Source: an uncultured Planctomycetota bacterium (GTDB taxonomy: Bacteria > Planctomycetota > Planctomycetia > Isosphaerales > Isosphaeraceae). From it: a DNA stretch of 64,000 nt. The DNA lies in assembly GCA_963845755.1 (NCBI GenBank), contig CAWJTV010000011.1, forward strand, positions 896,001-960,000. The letters run 5' to 3'. Under the pieces are notes generated by a model. That model made no database searches and was not told where the DNA came from. It worked only from the letters and a program-made list of their open reading frames with translations. The position numbers and the translations under genes are program-made. How positions within the stretch are numbered: position 1 is the stretch's first letter; every line of letters begins with the position of its first letter. This document shows positions 1 to 10,573 of the stretch, piece by piece.

Positions 1-467
1 GAGGGCCGGCGCCTGGAAGTCGCCGCCGACTCTCAGAAGGGCCCGCGCGGCGGCGATCCGCACCTCGAGATCGTCGTCCTTCAGCGCCGCGGTCAGTTCG
101 TCGGCCGCCGGACGAGCTAACGTCCCGAGAAGTCCCAGAGACTCAGCCGACGCCGCGCGCACTAACGTGTCCGGATCGCGAATCGCTCCGCGAGCGCCGC
201 CAGCGCCGGCACATAGGACCCTCTCGGAGCCAATCCCTGCAACGTCTGCCCGAGCGAGTGAATCGCCGTGATACGGCTCACTTGATCGCCCGACGTCACC
301 AAAGGGACGAGAGCGGCCACCTTTGCCTCCAGGTTGACCTGGGGCGTCCCCGGCTCACCGGCGTACCACATCTTGAGCCGCACCAGGCCGACGTAGAGCA
401 CGACGCACACCCCGACGATCAGGGTGCCGTAGAGGAGAGGCCCGAACGTCTTTCGCGGGTGGGCCAT
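1..467 (-). CDS. Membrane-anchored HEAT-repeat protein, 3' end outside window, frameshift near 180
   Basis: ATG at 467 gives MAHPRKTFGPLLYGTLIVGVCVVLYVGL (TM helix). After a frame change it reads DPDTLVRASAAESLGLLG...AADELTAALKDDDLEVRIAAARAL, typical HEAT/PBS-lyase repeats. Confidence 0.7.
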
Positions 468-832
468 GAGCGACCTTCCTCGAGAGGTCCGCCATCGGCA
501 ACCTTGGTGGTGCGCCTCGAAACCTTGACTCATCCTACTACTGTTGTCCCCGGCTTTCAACCTCTCGTGATTCTGCGGCCGGGAGCCCGAGAAACCCTCG
601 GTGGCTTTGCGGCTGCCGAGGGATGCGATACGGCGAATCGGCCAACCGCAACAAAACGATTGCCTGGCGTCGCTTTGACCGAGACGCCCGCCATTGCCCG
701 CGGTAGCATGTCGGTTGCGCGACAAGATGGGTTCGACGTGGCGAGGGACCTGAAAAGGCACACTTCGCACAGGCGAGAACAGGTCTGTCATTCATTCCGT
801 CCCCATTTTCTTTTCTCCGCCAGAGGATCGAA

Positions 833-2770
833 ATGTGCGGCATTCTGGGGATCTATTCGCCGACGGGTGCGGTCGCCTCCGAAGAGCTGGAGCGCGCCAC
901 CCGGCGTTTGACCCACCGCGGCCCGGATGGTCAACGCACCTGGCTGGACCCCGACCATCGCGTTGGCCTGGGCCACGCACGGCTGAGCATCATCGACCTG
1001 GCGACCGGGGACCAGCCGATCGCCAGCGAGGACGGGCGGCTGCAGATCGTGGTCAACGGTGAGTTCTACGACTTCGAGCGCATCCAGGAGGATCTGAGGA
1101 GGCGCGGCCATCGGCTCCGGACCCGATCGGACAGTGAGATCGCGCTGCACCTGTACGAGGAGCGCGGGACCGGCTGCCTGGAGGAGCTCCGGGGCGAATT
1201 CGCCTTCCTGCTTTGGGACGGCGGCACGGACCGGCTCTTCGCGGCGCGGGACCGATTCGGGATCAAGCCGCTGTATTACGCCTGGCGGGGCGATGTGCTC
1301 GTTCTGGCCTCAGAGGCCAAGGCGCTCTTCGCGGCCGGCGTCCCGGCTCGATGGGACCGCGCCACCTTCTTCCGGGCCGTCCATCATCAGGCGCCGCCGC
1401 AGGACCGCACGCTGTTCGAGGGCGTGCGTCAGGTCCCGCCGGGGCACTACCTGATCGCCTCGGCCGGTGAGGTCCGGCTGGTCCGCTACTGGGATTTCGA
1501 CTATCCCGCGGCCGGCCGGGCCGGCTCGGCGCGCCCGGATGCCGAGCATGCCGAGGAGTTCCGGCGGGCGCTTGATGAGGCGGTCCGCCTCCGGCTCCGC
1601 GCCGATGTGCCGGTCGGCTGCTACCTGAGCGGCGGGCTCGACTCGTGCGCCGTGCTGGGACTGGCGGCCAGCCATCGATCCGATCCGATCCGGGCGTTCA
1701 CCCTGAGCTTCGATCGGCCGGAGTACGACGAGACGGCGATCGCGCGGGAGATGGCCGATCGCGCGAATGCCGAGTTCCACCCGATCCCGATCACGCAAAC
1801 GGACCTGGCCGACCACTTCGCCGAGGCGGTCGCCCACGCCGAGACGCTCGCGATCAACGCGCACGGGGTGGCCAAGTATCTGCTCAGCCGCGCCGTGCGA
1901 GATGCCGGCTACAAGGTGGTCCTCACGGGGGAGGGGGCTGATGAGATCCTGGCCGGCTACCCCCATTTCCGCCGCGATCTCTGGCTCTATGACCAAGAAG
2001 CTACCGGCCGCGATGTGGGGTCTGCCCAGGCGCTCCTCGATGAGCTCCAGGTGCGCAACCCGGTCTCGCGCGGCCTCCTGCTGCCCGACGGCGAGGGGGC
2101 CTCGCTGGAGAGCCTCCGCGCCGCGCTGGGCTTCACGCCGTCCTGGCTGGAGACCAGCGCGACCCAGGCCCACAAGCTCCGCGCCTTGTTCTCGCCCGAG
2201 TTCACGGCCGAGTTCGACGGCCACGACGCCTACCGCGAGCTGCTCGAGGGCCTGGACGTGCCCGGGCAGCTCGCCGGCCGAGCGCCCGTGAATCAGTCGC
2301 TCTACTTGTGGTCCAAGGTCATGCTGCCGAATTATGTGCTGGCGTTCCTGGGCGACCGCATGGAGATGGCCCACTCCATCGAGGGTCGGCTGCCGTTCCT
2401 GGACCACCACGTGGTGGAGCTGGCCCGGGGCCTGCCGATGGACCAGAAGATCCGAGGAACGGTCGAGAAATACGTGTTGCGCGAGGCCGCCCGTCCGGTC
2501 TTGACGGCGACGGTCTACGCCCGGCAAAAACATCCGTTCACGACGCCCCCCGCCGCCCTGTCCCCCGACGGCCGGTTGTACCAGCTCATCCAGGATACGC
2601 TGCGCGGGCCGGCCCTGGAGTCGCTGCCGTTCTTCGATCGATCGCGGGTCGTGGCGCTGCTCGATCAGCTCCCGGCGATGGACGACGGCGGCCGGACCGC
2701 CTTCGACATGCCGCTGATGGTCCTTTTGAGCGCTTGCGTGATCCACGAACGGATCGTTTCGCCGGTCTGA
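833..2770 (+). CDS. asnB: Asparagine synthase (glutamine-hydrolysing)
   Basis: N-terminal MCGI (Ntn catalytic Cys), HRGPD, RLSIID, NGEFY, RDRFGIKPLY, PP-loop LSGGLDS, LTGEGADE, EGRLPFLD. Confidence 0.95.
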   Translation: MCGILGIYSPTGAVASEELERATRRLTHRGPDGQRTWLDPDHRVGLGHARLSIIDLATGDQPIASEDGRLQIVVNGEFYDFERIQEDLRRRGHRLRTRSDSEIALHLYEERGTGCLEELRGEFAFLLWDGGTDRLFAARDRFGIKPLYYAWRGDVLVLASEAKALFAAGVPARWDRATFFRAVHHQAPPQDRTLFEGVRQVPPGHYLIASAGEVRLVRYWDFDYPAAGRAGSARPDAEHAEEFRRALDEAVRLRLRADVPVGCYLSGGLDSCAVLGLAASHRSDPIRAFTLSFDRPEYDETAIAREMADRANAEFHPIPITQTDLADHFAEAVAHAETLAINAHGVAKYLLSRAVRDAGYKVVLTGEGADEILAGYPHFRRDLWLYDQEATGRDVGSAQALLDELQVRNPVSRGLLLPDGEGASLESLRAALGFTPSWLETSATQAHKLRALFSPEFTAEFDGHDAYRELLEGLDVPGQLAGRAPVNQSLYLWSKVMLPNYVLAFLGDRMEMAHSIEGRLPFLDHHVVELARGLPMDQKIRGTVEKYVLREAARPVLTATVYARQKHPFTTPPAALSPDGRLYQLIQDTLRGPALESLPFFDRSRVVALLDQLPAMDDGGRTAFDMPLMVLLSACVIHERIVSPV

Positions 2771-2946
2771 GCCCTCAGGAACCCTTGATCCGTCGGAACA
2801 CATGGGCCTTCGACCGCTATTGATTCGCCTCGTGACGGTGAAGCGGACGAGCCACCCGCGTCGGCCGATGTGGATCGAAACCCTCCTCCAGGGCCGAGTT
2901 ACATGCAATTCTCGCTCCGACGATCGATAACCGGATGACCGTTACC

Positions 2947-2976
2947 TTGAGAGGGCTTCCCGCCGCCGGGTACAAT
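2947..2976 (+). promoter_or_regulatory. Putative sigma70 promoter for larE
   Basis: TTGAGA (2947-2952), 18-nt spacer, TACAAT (2971-2976); GGAGG RBS before the TTG start at 3038. Confidence 0.5.
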
Positions 2977-3037
2977 AGTGGGCACGGCCTTCGACATTGA
3001 GAACGATCCGACCGGTGGTCTGGTAGGGAGGTGACTC

Positions 3038-3902
3038 TTGAGCCACAGCGATTGGACCGAATCCGACCCGACGCTGAACGCTCATCGCGAGCGGTTGCTG
3101 GAGACCCTGCGCGGTTACGGCCGGGTGGCGGTCGCGTATTCCGGCGGCGTTGACAGCACGGTGGTCGCCCAGGCGGCGTTTGACGCGCTCGGGGACGCCG
3201 CGATCGCCGTCACGGCGGTCTCCGATAGCCTGGCCGCCGGCGAGCTTGAGGAGGCCCAGGCGCTGGCGCGGCGGATCGGCATCCGCCACCGGGTGATCCG
3301 CACCGAGGAATTCGCCGACCCGAATTACCTGCGCAACCAGCCCGACCGCTGCTATTTCTGCAAGAGCGAGCTCTACGGGCGACTCTCGGGCATGCTCGGC
3401 GAACTCGAGGTCGACGCGATTGCCTCGGGGGCCAACATGGATGACCTGGGCGACCATCGCCCGGGGATGCGTGCCGCCTCCGAGCGTGGGGTGCGCCACC
3501 CGCTCCAGGAATGTGGGCTCACCAAGGATCACGTCCGAGCCCTGGCCCGCGCCTGGGACCTGCCCACCTGGGACAAGCCGGCAACGCCGTGTCTCTCCAG
3601 CCGGATCGCCTACGGCGAGGACGTCACCCCCGAACGCGTCCGCATGATCGATCAGGCCGAACAGTGGCTCCGCCGGAAGGGCTTGCGCAGTCCTGCGGGT
3701 CCGCTACCACAAGGGGGACCTGGCCCGCATCGAGGTCCCGCTCGACGACCTGCCGCGACTCGTCGACCTGGACGTTCGCGGGGAGCTGATCGCCGCCTTC
3801 CGCGCCCTGGGCTTCAAGTTCGTCACGCTCGACCTCGAAGGCTTCCGCTCGGGCAGCTTCAATAACGTGATCCCCGTGGATAGTTTGCTCCTCCGCAAGT
3901 AA
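3038..3902 (+). CDS. larE: ATP-dependent sacrificial sulfur transferase LarE (PP-loop), frameshift near 3690
   Basis: AYSGGVDS, RCYFCK, DDLGDHRPG, KPATPCLSSRI; the shifted frame continues LRVRYHKGDLARIE...GFKFVTLDLEGFRSGS to TAA at 3900-3902. Confidence 0.88.
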
Positions 3903-3913
3903 CGACGACTCCC

Positions 3914-4501
3914 ATGGCGCAGGTAACCTGCCGTTGCGGTGAAGAGATCGATGTCCAGGCGCGGGGTCCGGATCGGATCGACTGCCCGCGATGTGGTGCG
4001 CGAATTCGCCTGCGCCGGCGGAACGCATCGGCGGGATCGCTGATCGGCGTGAGCGAGACGGAGGATGGGTTCATCCGGTTCCACTGCCCGTGCGGACGGC
4101 GGCTGAAGGTCCTGGCGTCGAGTCGTCCGGAGGCGGGCAAGTGCCCGGATTGCGGGCGAGTGGTCCCGGTGCCGAGCTCGGCCTGGTCGGGCACAGTGTC
4201 GATGGGCCGTCCTCTCGACGATGCGGAGTCGCGGACCGACGAGATGGACGAAGCCGACCTCGACCGGCTGGCGGAATGGGGCGCGCGTCATGGAGGCCGT
4301 CCGGCGTACGATCCCGATGCCACGCCCGCGGCCATACCGGCCGTCACGGGCTTCCCTCCGGGTCAGGGTGGCGACAGCATGTCCCGGCCGTCGAAAGTCA
4401 AGTTCGAGGCCGGCTTGAGGGTCTGTCCCCGCTGCGGCAAGCCCGTCCACCTGAGCGCCACCACCTGCCGCGAATGCGGCTCGCCCGTCCCCCGGCGGTG
4501 A
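3914..4501 (+). CDS. Multi zinc-ribbon protein
   Basis: Three Cys-pair modules: CRCG..CPRCG, CPCG..CPDCG, CPRCG..CRECG; starts 11 nt after the larE stop. Confidence 0.75.
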   Translation: MAQVTCRCGEEIDVQARGPDRIDCPRCGARIRLRRRNASAGSLIGVSETEDGFIRFHCPCGRRLKVLASSRPEAGKCPDCGRVVPVPSSAWSGTVSMGRPLDDAESRTDEMDEADLDRLAEWGARHGGRPAYDPDATPAAIPAVTGFPPGQGGDSMSRPSKVKFEAGLRVCPRCGKPVHLSATTCRECGSPVPRR

Positions 4502-4565
4502 GCGCCGATGGACCGATGGGTGTCGGAGGCGGCCCGATCCGAACCGCTGCCCGGAGGCAACGCCT

Positions 4566-5259
4566 GTGAGCACCGCCGAACGACGACCGCCCACCATCCC
4601 GCTGCTCGCCGATGGCCAGCGGCTCAGCCAGGCCGAGTTCATGCGCCGATACGAACTCACACCGCCCGGCTTCACCGCCGAGCTGATCGGAGGGGTCGTC
4701 CACGTGCCTAGCCCCGTCTCTCGCCGCCCACGGTCAACCCTCGCACGAAGTGAGTTTCTGGCTCGGACATTATGAAGTCCGAACTCCCGGTGTCGAGGGC
4801 CTCGGGGAAACGACCACGCTCATGGACGAATTCGGCGTGCCTCAGCCCGATGCGCAACTGCGCATCTTGCCCGAGTGCGGCGGCCAGACCCGCGATGAGG
4901 GCGAGTACGTCGGCGGCGCGCCCGAGCTGGTCGTCGAGGTCGCCAAATCCAGCCGGAAGATCGACCTCGGCCCCAAGCGGGACGATTACGAACGCGCGGG
5001 CGTCCAGGAATATCTCGTCGTCGCTCGCCATCCCGACGATGTCCACTGGTTCGTCCGCCGGGGCAAGAAGCTGGTGAAGATGCGACGCGATCGCGATGGG
5101 CTCTACCGGTCCAAGATCTTCCCCGGCTTGTGGCTCGACCCGGCAGCGCTCTCGAGACGAGATCTCGCCGGGCTACTCGCGGTGCTCGAGCGTGGCCTGG
5201 CCTCGCCCGAGCACGCCGAGTTCGTCGCCAAGCTGGCCGCCGCGGCGAGAAAGGTGTAA
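4566..5259 (+). CDS. Uma2/DUF820 family restriction-endonuclease-fold protein, copy 1, frameshift near 4720
   Basis: AELIGGVVHVPSP, PQPDAQL, GAPELVVEVA, DLGPKRDDYERAGVQEY, SKIFPGLWLD. Confidence 0.85.
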
Positions 5260-5304
5260 GGTGACTGACGGCCAGACGACCCCGTCGAGTCGGAGGCAAC
5301 GCCC

Positions 5305-6017
5305 GTGAGCACCGTCCAACGACGATCGCCCGTACCGCCGGCCATCCCGCCACTCGTGGCCGGCCAGCGGCTCAGCCAGGCCGAGTTCATGCGCCGATAC
5401 GAACTCACACCGCCCGGCTTCACGGCCGAGCTGATCGGAGGGGTCGTCCACGTGCCCAGCCCGCTCAGAATCGAACACGCCGCCTCATCCCCCGACCTCG
5501 TTGCCTGGCTCGTTCATTATCGAGCCCGGACTCCCGGCACCCAGGTCCTCGCGGATGCGACCACGCTGCTGGACGAGATCGGCGTCCCTCAGCCCGACGT
5601 GCAAATGCGCATCCTGCCCGAGCACGGCGGCCAGACTCGGCCTGGGGGGAAGTATATCGGCGGCGCGCCGAGCTGGTCGTCGAGGTCGCCAAGTCCAGCC
5701 GGAAGATCGACCTCGGCAAGAAACGAGATGACTACGAGCGCGCGGGCGTCCGTGAATACATCGTCCTCGCTCGCGTTCCGGATGAGCTCTACTGGTTCAT
5801 CCGCCGGGGCAGGAAGTTCGTGAAGATGCGCCGCGATCGCGATGGGCTCCATCGTTCCAAGGTCTTCCCCGGCCTATGGCTCGATCCCGACGCGCTCCTG
5901 GATGAAGACATCGCCACGGTTTTCGCGACGCTCGAGCGTGGCCTGGCCTCGCCCGAGCACGCCGAGTTCGTCGCCAAGCTGGCCGCCGCGGCGGCACGAG
6001 CCAATCGGAACGAGTGA
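5305..6017 (+). CDS. Uma2/DUF820 family protein, copy 2, frameshift near 5670
   Basis: Tandem paralog of copy 1 with the same motifs (ELIGGVV, PQPDV, ELVVEVA, DYERAGVREY, FPGLWLD). Confidence 0.85.
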
Positions 6018-6055
6018 ACCCGCGGATTTGGAACCGCCCACTGCGGAGAAAACCG

Positions 6056-6431
6056 ATGAGCCACGACGTTGCAGAAAAAGTGAACCTCGCGCAGAAGCTC
6101 GCCCAGTTCCACGACTCGTGGAGCCCCAAGATCGTCGGCGAGCTGAACGGCCAGCAGCTCAAACTGGTCAAGTTTCAGGGCGAGTTCGTCTGGCACCATC
6201 ACGATCACGAGGACGAGCTCTTCCTCGTGGTGAAAGGGCGATTCCGGATGGAGTTCCGGGACCGGCAGGTCTGGCTCGAGGAAGGCGAGTTCCTGATTGT
6301 CCCCCGTGGTGTCGAGCATCGGCCCGTCGCCGAGGAGGAGGCCCATGTCCTGCTGTTCGAAACCCGCCTCCACGTTGAACACCGGCAACCTGCGGAACGA
6401 TCGCACCATCAGCCAGCTCGAGCGGCTTTGA
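6056..6431 (+). CDS. Cupin domain protein, frameshift near 6361
   Basis: WSPKIVGELNG, GEFVWHHHDHEDELFLV, VPRGVEHRP; the shifted frame ends EPASTLNTG...LERL*. Confidence 0.85.
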
Positions 6432-6454
6432 GCGTCCTCGCGAGACCGAGTGGG

Positions 6455-6988
6455 TCAATCGCCGGTCGCGACGCGCTCGGGCTCGGGGCGGGAACGAATG
6501 TGTTCGCGAGCCGAGGCTGCGGCGGAAGCCGGCGCGTTCCCGACGATGGGTCCGATCCATCGCCGGACGATCGCCGCGAAGTTCAGCGCGGCGATGATGC
6601 CGAACGACACACCCGCCAGCATGTGCCAGGGTTCGTAGTAAGGGGTCCACTGAGGCGGCATCACCATGGAGGCGCGAATCGCCTCCATATACCCGTAATA
6701 GCCGGCCAGGAATGCGGCATCCGGGAGCCCGATGGCCACCACGGCGATGCTCGCGGCCCCCACGAGGATGCGCGCCCGCTGGGCCCGGCTGGTCGTCAAG
6801 CCTTCGGCCGTCCGCCGCGCCATCGCCTCGGCGAACCGCCGTGATGCCAGGAACCAGGTACAGGCCGCGAAGACGCAGAGGCTCACCCCGGGCGCCGCGT
6901 CCACGCGCGTCAGCGCGAAGACCAGGGCGGCCACCCCGATGACGAGCATCAGATGGCCCAGCGTCAGACGCCTCCGGCGCTCTCCCAT
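6455..6988 (-). CDS. Hypothetical multi-pass membrane protein
   Basis: MGERRRRLTLGHLMLVIGVAALVFAL N-terminus followed by three more hydrophobic helices. Confidence 0.65.
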   Translation of the reverse strand: MGERRRRLTLGHLMLVIGVAALVFALTRVDAAPGVSLCVFAACTWFLASRRFAEAMARRTAEGLTTSRAQRARILVGAASIAVVAIGLPDAAFLAGYYGYMEAIRASMVMPPQWTPYYEPWHMLAGVSFGIIAALNFAAIVRRWIGPIVGNAPASAAASAREHIRSRPEPERVATGD

Positions 6989-7470
6989 AGACCCACACGC
7001 CTCGCTTTTGGGATGATCGAACCGCGGTCGGACCTTCCACTCGCCGCGCCCGGCCCGATCATCAGACAATTGTAGCAACAACCGATGTTCTCTGCCAACG
7101 GCAGGATGGACCTGGGAGCGAGCCTGGGGAACGGACGTTCGGAATCCGGGGAATTCGCCGGCGAAGGCGCATGCGTCGAGAGACTCGGACCGAGATCTGG
7201 TATCATCGAGAGGGGGACATCGCCATGAGGTTCCTTCGGCGCGATCGCGATCGTCGGCTATGCGATCGCAATCCCCGGCTCCTTTCGCGATCGGCGTGCT
7301 CGTTCCCTGAGGGGAGATGGGAAGGAATCGGATGGAAGATTCCGGATTCCAGATTCAATAAACATAATATTCTGTGCCGATTGAAATTGTAATATCTTCG
7401 TATTCTGAGTTTGTTATTTTCAATCGATTCATTCGCAGACTCCGACAGGAAACCCGTAACTGAGGATGCC

Positions 7471-8214
7471 ATGTCGAATGATTCCCAGCGTCGTGTTGCG
7501 ATCGTCACGGGTGCGAGCCGGGGGATCGGCGCGGCCATCGCGGTCCGGCTGGCCCGCGACGGGTTGAACATCCTGTTGACCTACCAGAAGTCGCCGGATG
7601 CCGCGCAGGCGGTTCGGGAGCAGGTCCTCGCCCTGGGCGTGGAGGCCCACGCGGAACGGATCGACGCCGCCGATCCCAAGGCGCCGGCCGAGGCCGTGGA
7701 CCGGGCGATCGAGCGGTTCGGCCGGCTGGACGTCCTGGTTAACAACGCCGGGGTCTACGAGACCGCGTCGCTCCTGGAGGCCACCGACGAGGAATTCGAG
7801 CGGGCCTTCGCCGTCAACGTTCGGGGGACGTTCCTGGCGGCGCGCGCCGCGGCGCGAGTGCTCCCTGCCGGCGGGCGGATCATCAACATCGGCAGCATCC
7901 TGGGCGAACGCGTGCCGATGCCGCGGGTTGGCATCTACAGTGCCACCAAGTTCGCCATCAGCGGCTTCACCCGCGCCTGGGCCCGCGACCTCGGGCCCAA
8001 GGGCATCACGGTCAACGCCGTCCAGCCCGGACCGATCGACACCGACATGAACCCGGCCGGCGGTCCGTTCGCCGAGAACCAGCGCGCGATGACCTCGCTC
8101 CGGCGGTTCGGCAAGCCCGAGGAGGTTGCCGAGGCGGTCGCGTTCCTGGCCTCGCCCGCCGCCCAGTACATCACCGGGGCGATCCTGAACGTCGATGGAG
8201 GAACGGTTGCCTGA
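7471..8214 (+). CDS. Short-chain dehydrogenase/reductase (FabG-like)
   Basis: TGASRGIG, NNAG, YSATK, PGPIDT. Confidence 0.92.
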   Translation: MSNDSQRRVAIVTGASRGIGAAIAVRLARDGLNILLTYQKSPDAAQAVREQVLALGVEAHAERIDAADPKAPAEAVDRAIERFGRLDVLVNNAGVYETASLLEATDEEFERAFAVNVRGTFLAARAAARVLPAGGRIINIGSILGERVPMPRVGIYSATKFAISGFTRAWARDLGPKGITVNAVQPGPIDTDMNPAGGPFAENQRAMTSLRRFGKPEEVAEAVAFLASPAAQYITGAILNVDGGTVA

Positions 8215-8467
8215 GGCCTCGAGAATCGGGCATGGGAGGCCGGGCGCCGGGGCGGCCGGCGAGGATCGCTGGCGAGCGGACGTCGGAAACTGTGTCACCA
8301 GTGACGACCGTATGCGTATGATGAGCGTGATGGTTCACCGGTTGGGAGGTTCGAAAATCCAGAGTCCTGGCTGTTGGTGAGTCCTCAAACGCGCGCCTGC
8401 CGATTATCATCGACCTGAATACGACGGGTACCTGACACACCGATTATCCGCCAGAAAGGGATTGGCG

Positions 8468-8836
8468 ATGTCCACCACTGCCTTGAATCATCTTCATCTG
8501 CGTCACGTCGATGGCGTCGTGGTCATCGACATCATGAGCAAGGACATTCAAGGCCCGGACCGGGCCAAAGAATTCATCGCCGAGCTGATGAGCGTCGCCG
8601 AAGAGGAAATCGGGAAGCCGATCCTGGTGAACCTGCGCCGGGCGCTCTACTTCAGCAGCATGGGGTTTTCGGGCCTGTTCAAGCTGGTGAAATGCGCCAA
8701 GGAACGGCAACGGCCGGTGAAGTTCTGCAATATGCACCCAGACGTGCGCGTCGGGGCCGACATCGTCGGACTTCCCCACGTCGTCGAGTTCTATGATAGC
8801 GAGGAGGCGGCGCTTCGGGCTTTCGCGACGGCGTGA
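8468..8836 (+). CDS. STAS-domain anti-sigma-factor antagonist
   Basis: Size about 120 aa and ILVNL..ALYFSSMGFSGL..VKFCNMHPDV..EEAAL STAS pattern. Confidence 0.8.
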   Translation: MSTTALNHLHLRHVDGVVVIDIMSKDIQGPDRAKEFIAELMSVAEEEIGKPILVNLRRALYFSSMGFSGLFKLVKCAKERQRPVKFCNMHPDVRVGADIVGLPHVVEFYDSEEAALRAFATA

Positions 8837-8931
8837 ACCGAACCGCGGGTGGGGTTTCACGACCCACGCAGGCGCGGGGGCGTGCCGGCCCTCAAGGCTC
8901 GGCGGCGGCCGGGCCGAGCTGGCCGAATCCG

Positions 8932-10288
8932 CTACTCGACGATCGGCGGCATCTCATCGCCCAGGTCGGCCGGGTCGTTATTGGGCAGGCTCTTGAGATA
9001 GGTCCCGACCAGGGCGTCTTCGGAGGGTGGGAGGGTGCCGTGTTCGCGGCGATAGATCTCCTCGGCAAGCATGACGACGAGATCGTGGTACTCCCTGCGG
9101 TCCCGAAGCCGATCCGGTGACCAAGGCCATTGAATGCTGTTTGCCACGAGGATTCGCAGCTTGATGTCGTTGGAGGCGACCAGCCAGCTTGCGACCTCCG
9201 TCGGGGGAAGCGCGGGCGCCGGCCGGTGCCGAAGGACCGACGGAGTAAAGTGTCACGCTGGTTGTACCCTTGGTCACCGGGTTCGTTGATGTCAGCAGAG
9301 AGAACAAAGCCCGGACGGCCGGTTTCCGTGGCTCATGAGTTTCCACACATGCGAGCCAGTTGGCGTAAAGCAGTTGCAGGACGCGCCGGCTGCGTTCGGG
9401 TTCGCGCAAGAGGAAACGGCTCCCGGCATCGAGATGATCGGTCATATCGGACGACAACTGCATATCACCCAGGTGAAAGTGATATTCCCAACCGACCTCC
9501 TGCTGGACGGAGGTAGGGACCGGCTGCTCCAGCGAGCGCATCATAGCCAGGTATCCCGCTTTCATCGCAAACAGATCCCAGTCGGGCTTCGGCTCGTTCT
9601 TGAGCACTTCGTCCAGGGCACCATGAAGCTGGGGGATTGAGGTCCTCGGATCGACCGCCCAGGTCGCGAGCCGTTGCCGCGACAAACCGTCCCAATAGTA
9701 GTAGAGGTTGACGCGCTGATTCAAGCTCCCCCGCCGCCTGGTGTGGGTTGCCATCCGGAGGATCGCGCGATAGCAGTCCCAGGCGCCCGCCATGTCGCCG
9801 CTCGTTTGTCGCCTGTCAGCCTCCAACAGGACCAACACCGCGATGCGTTGACCATTCACCACGGATTCTCCGTCCGGGTTCGCGGCGTCGGATTGGTCGG
9901 CCCCTTGTTGAAACAGCTCGATCGCCTTGCGATTCGCCCCGACCCACTCCCGCGACATCCGATCCGCCTGGGACCAGGAGCGCGCGAGATTGGGAGGAGA
10001 AGGCGTGAGATTCTCCTCCGCTCGCCGAAGAAATGTGAAGGCATTCTGATCGTCGGGGATGCTGAAGGCGCGGAACGCCGCGACATCGAACGGGTCTCCG
10101 ATGTCCGGGAGCCCGTTCAGGCTCGTCAGCCACCAGATTGCGAGGGCCGAAGCGGCGACTGCAAGGCCGATCGCCAGGACGAGCGAGACGCGCCAGAGTT
10201 GACGGAGTCTCCTGCGGAGCAATTGACGCAGCTTCGGCGACGTACCGCCCACCGCCACAGGTGCGGGGCGCTCGGATTGGGTCAGCAT
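8932..10288 (-). CDS. Hypothetical membrane-anchored helical protein, frameshift(s) near 9150-9240
   Basis: TM segment then GLPDIGDPFD, GDMAGAWDCYRAILR; C-terminal piece in ORF 8932..9147 (AEEIYRREHG..LVGTYLKSLP). Confidence 0.6.
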
Positions 10289-10573
10289 GAGAGGGTCGGC
10301 TCCAGGCGAATGAAGATCAGCAGCCTGACTTCCACGCCATCCTATCACAATGTGTCGCCCTTGCAACGACAATTGTCAGAGAATTGGGAAACGGGAACAA
10401 CCGCCATCACCCAGGTGGCTGGGGCCAGCTCTGGCAGCCAGGCTGCGGGAGGCGGATTTTCGCCGGGCCCATCTTGGAGCACGGAAGACCAAAGGCGCAG
10501 GAGGCGCGAAACGGTTTCTGGACAGCGATCACGACAGACCGTTGGTTCTTGTCCGCCTTCGATCGTAGGGCCC

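Noticed and set aside
833..2770. Lasso peptide cyclase
   Set aside because: The Ntn glutaminase with MCG is intact, and no precursor, RRE or B2 protease is nearby.
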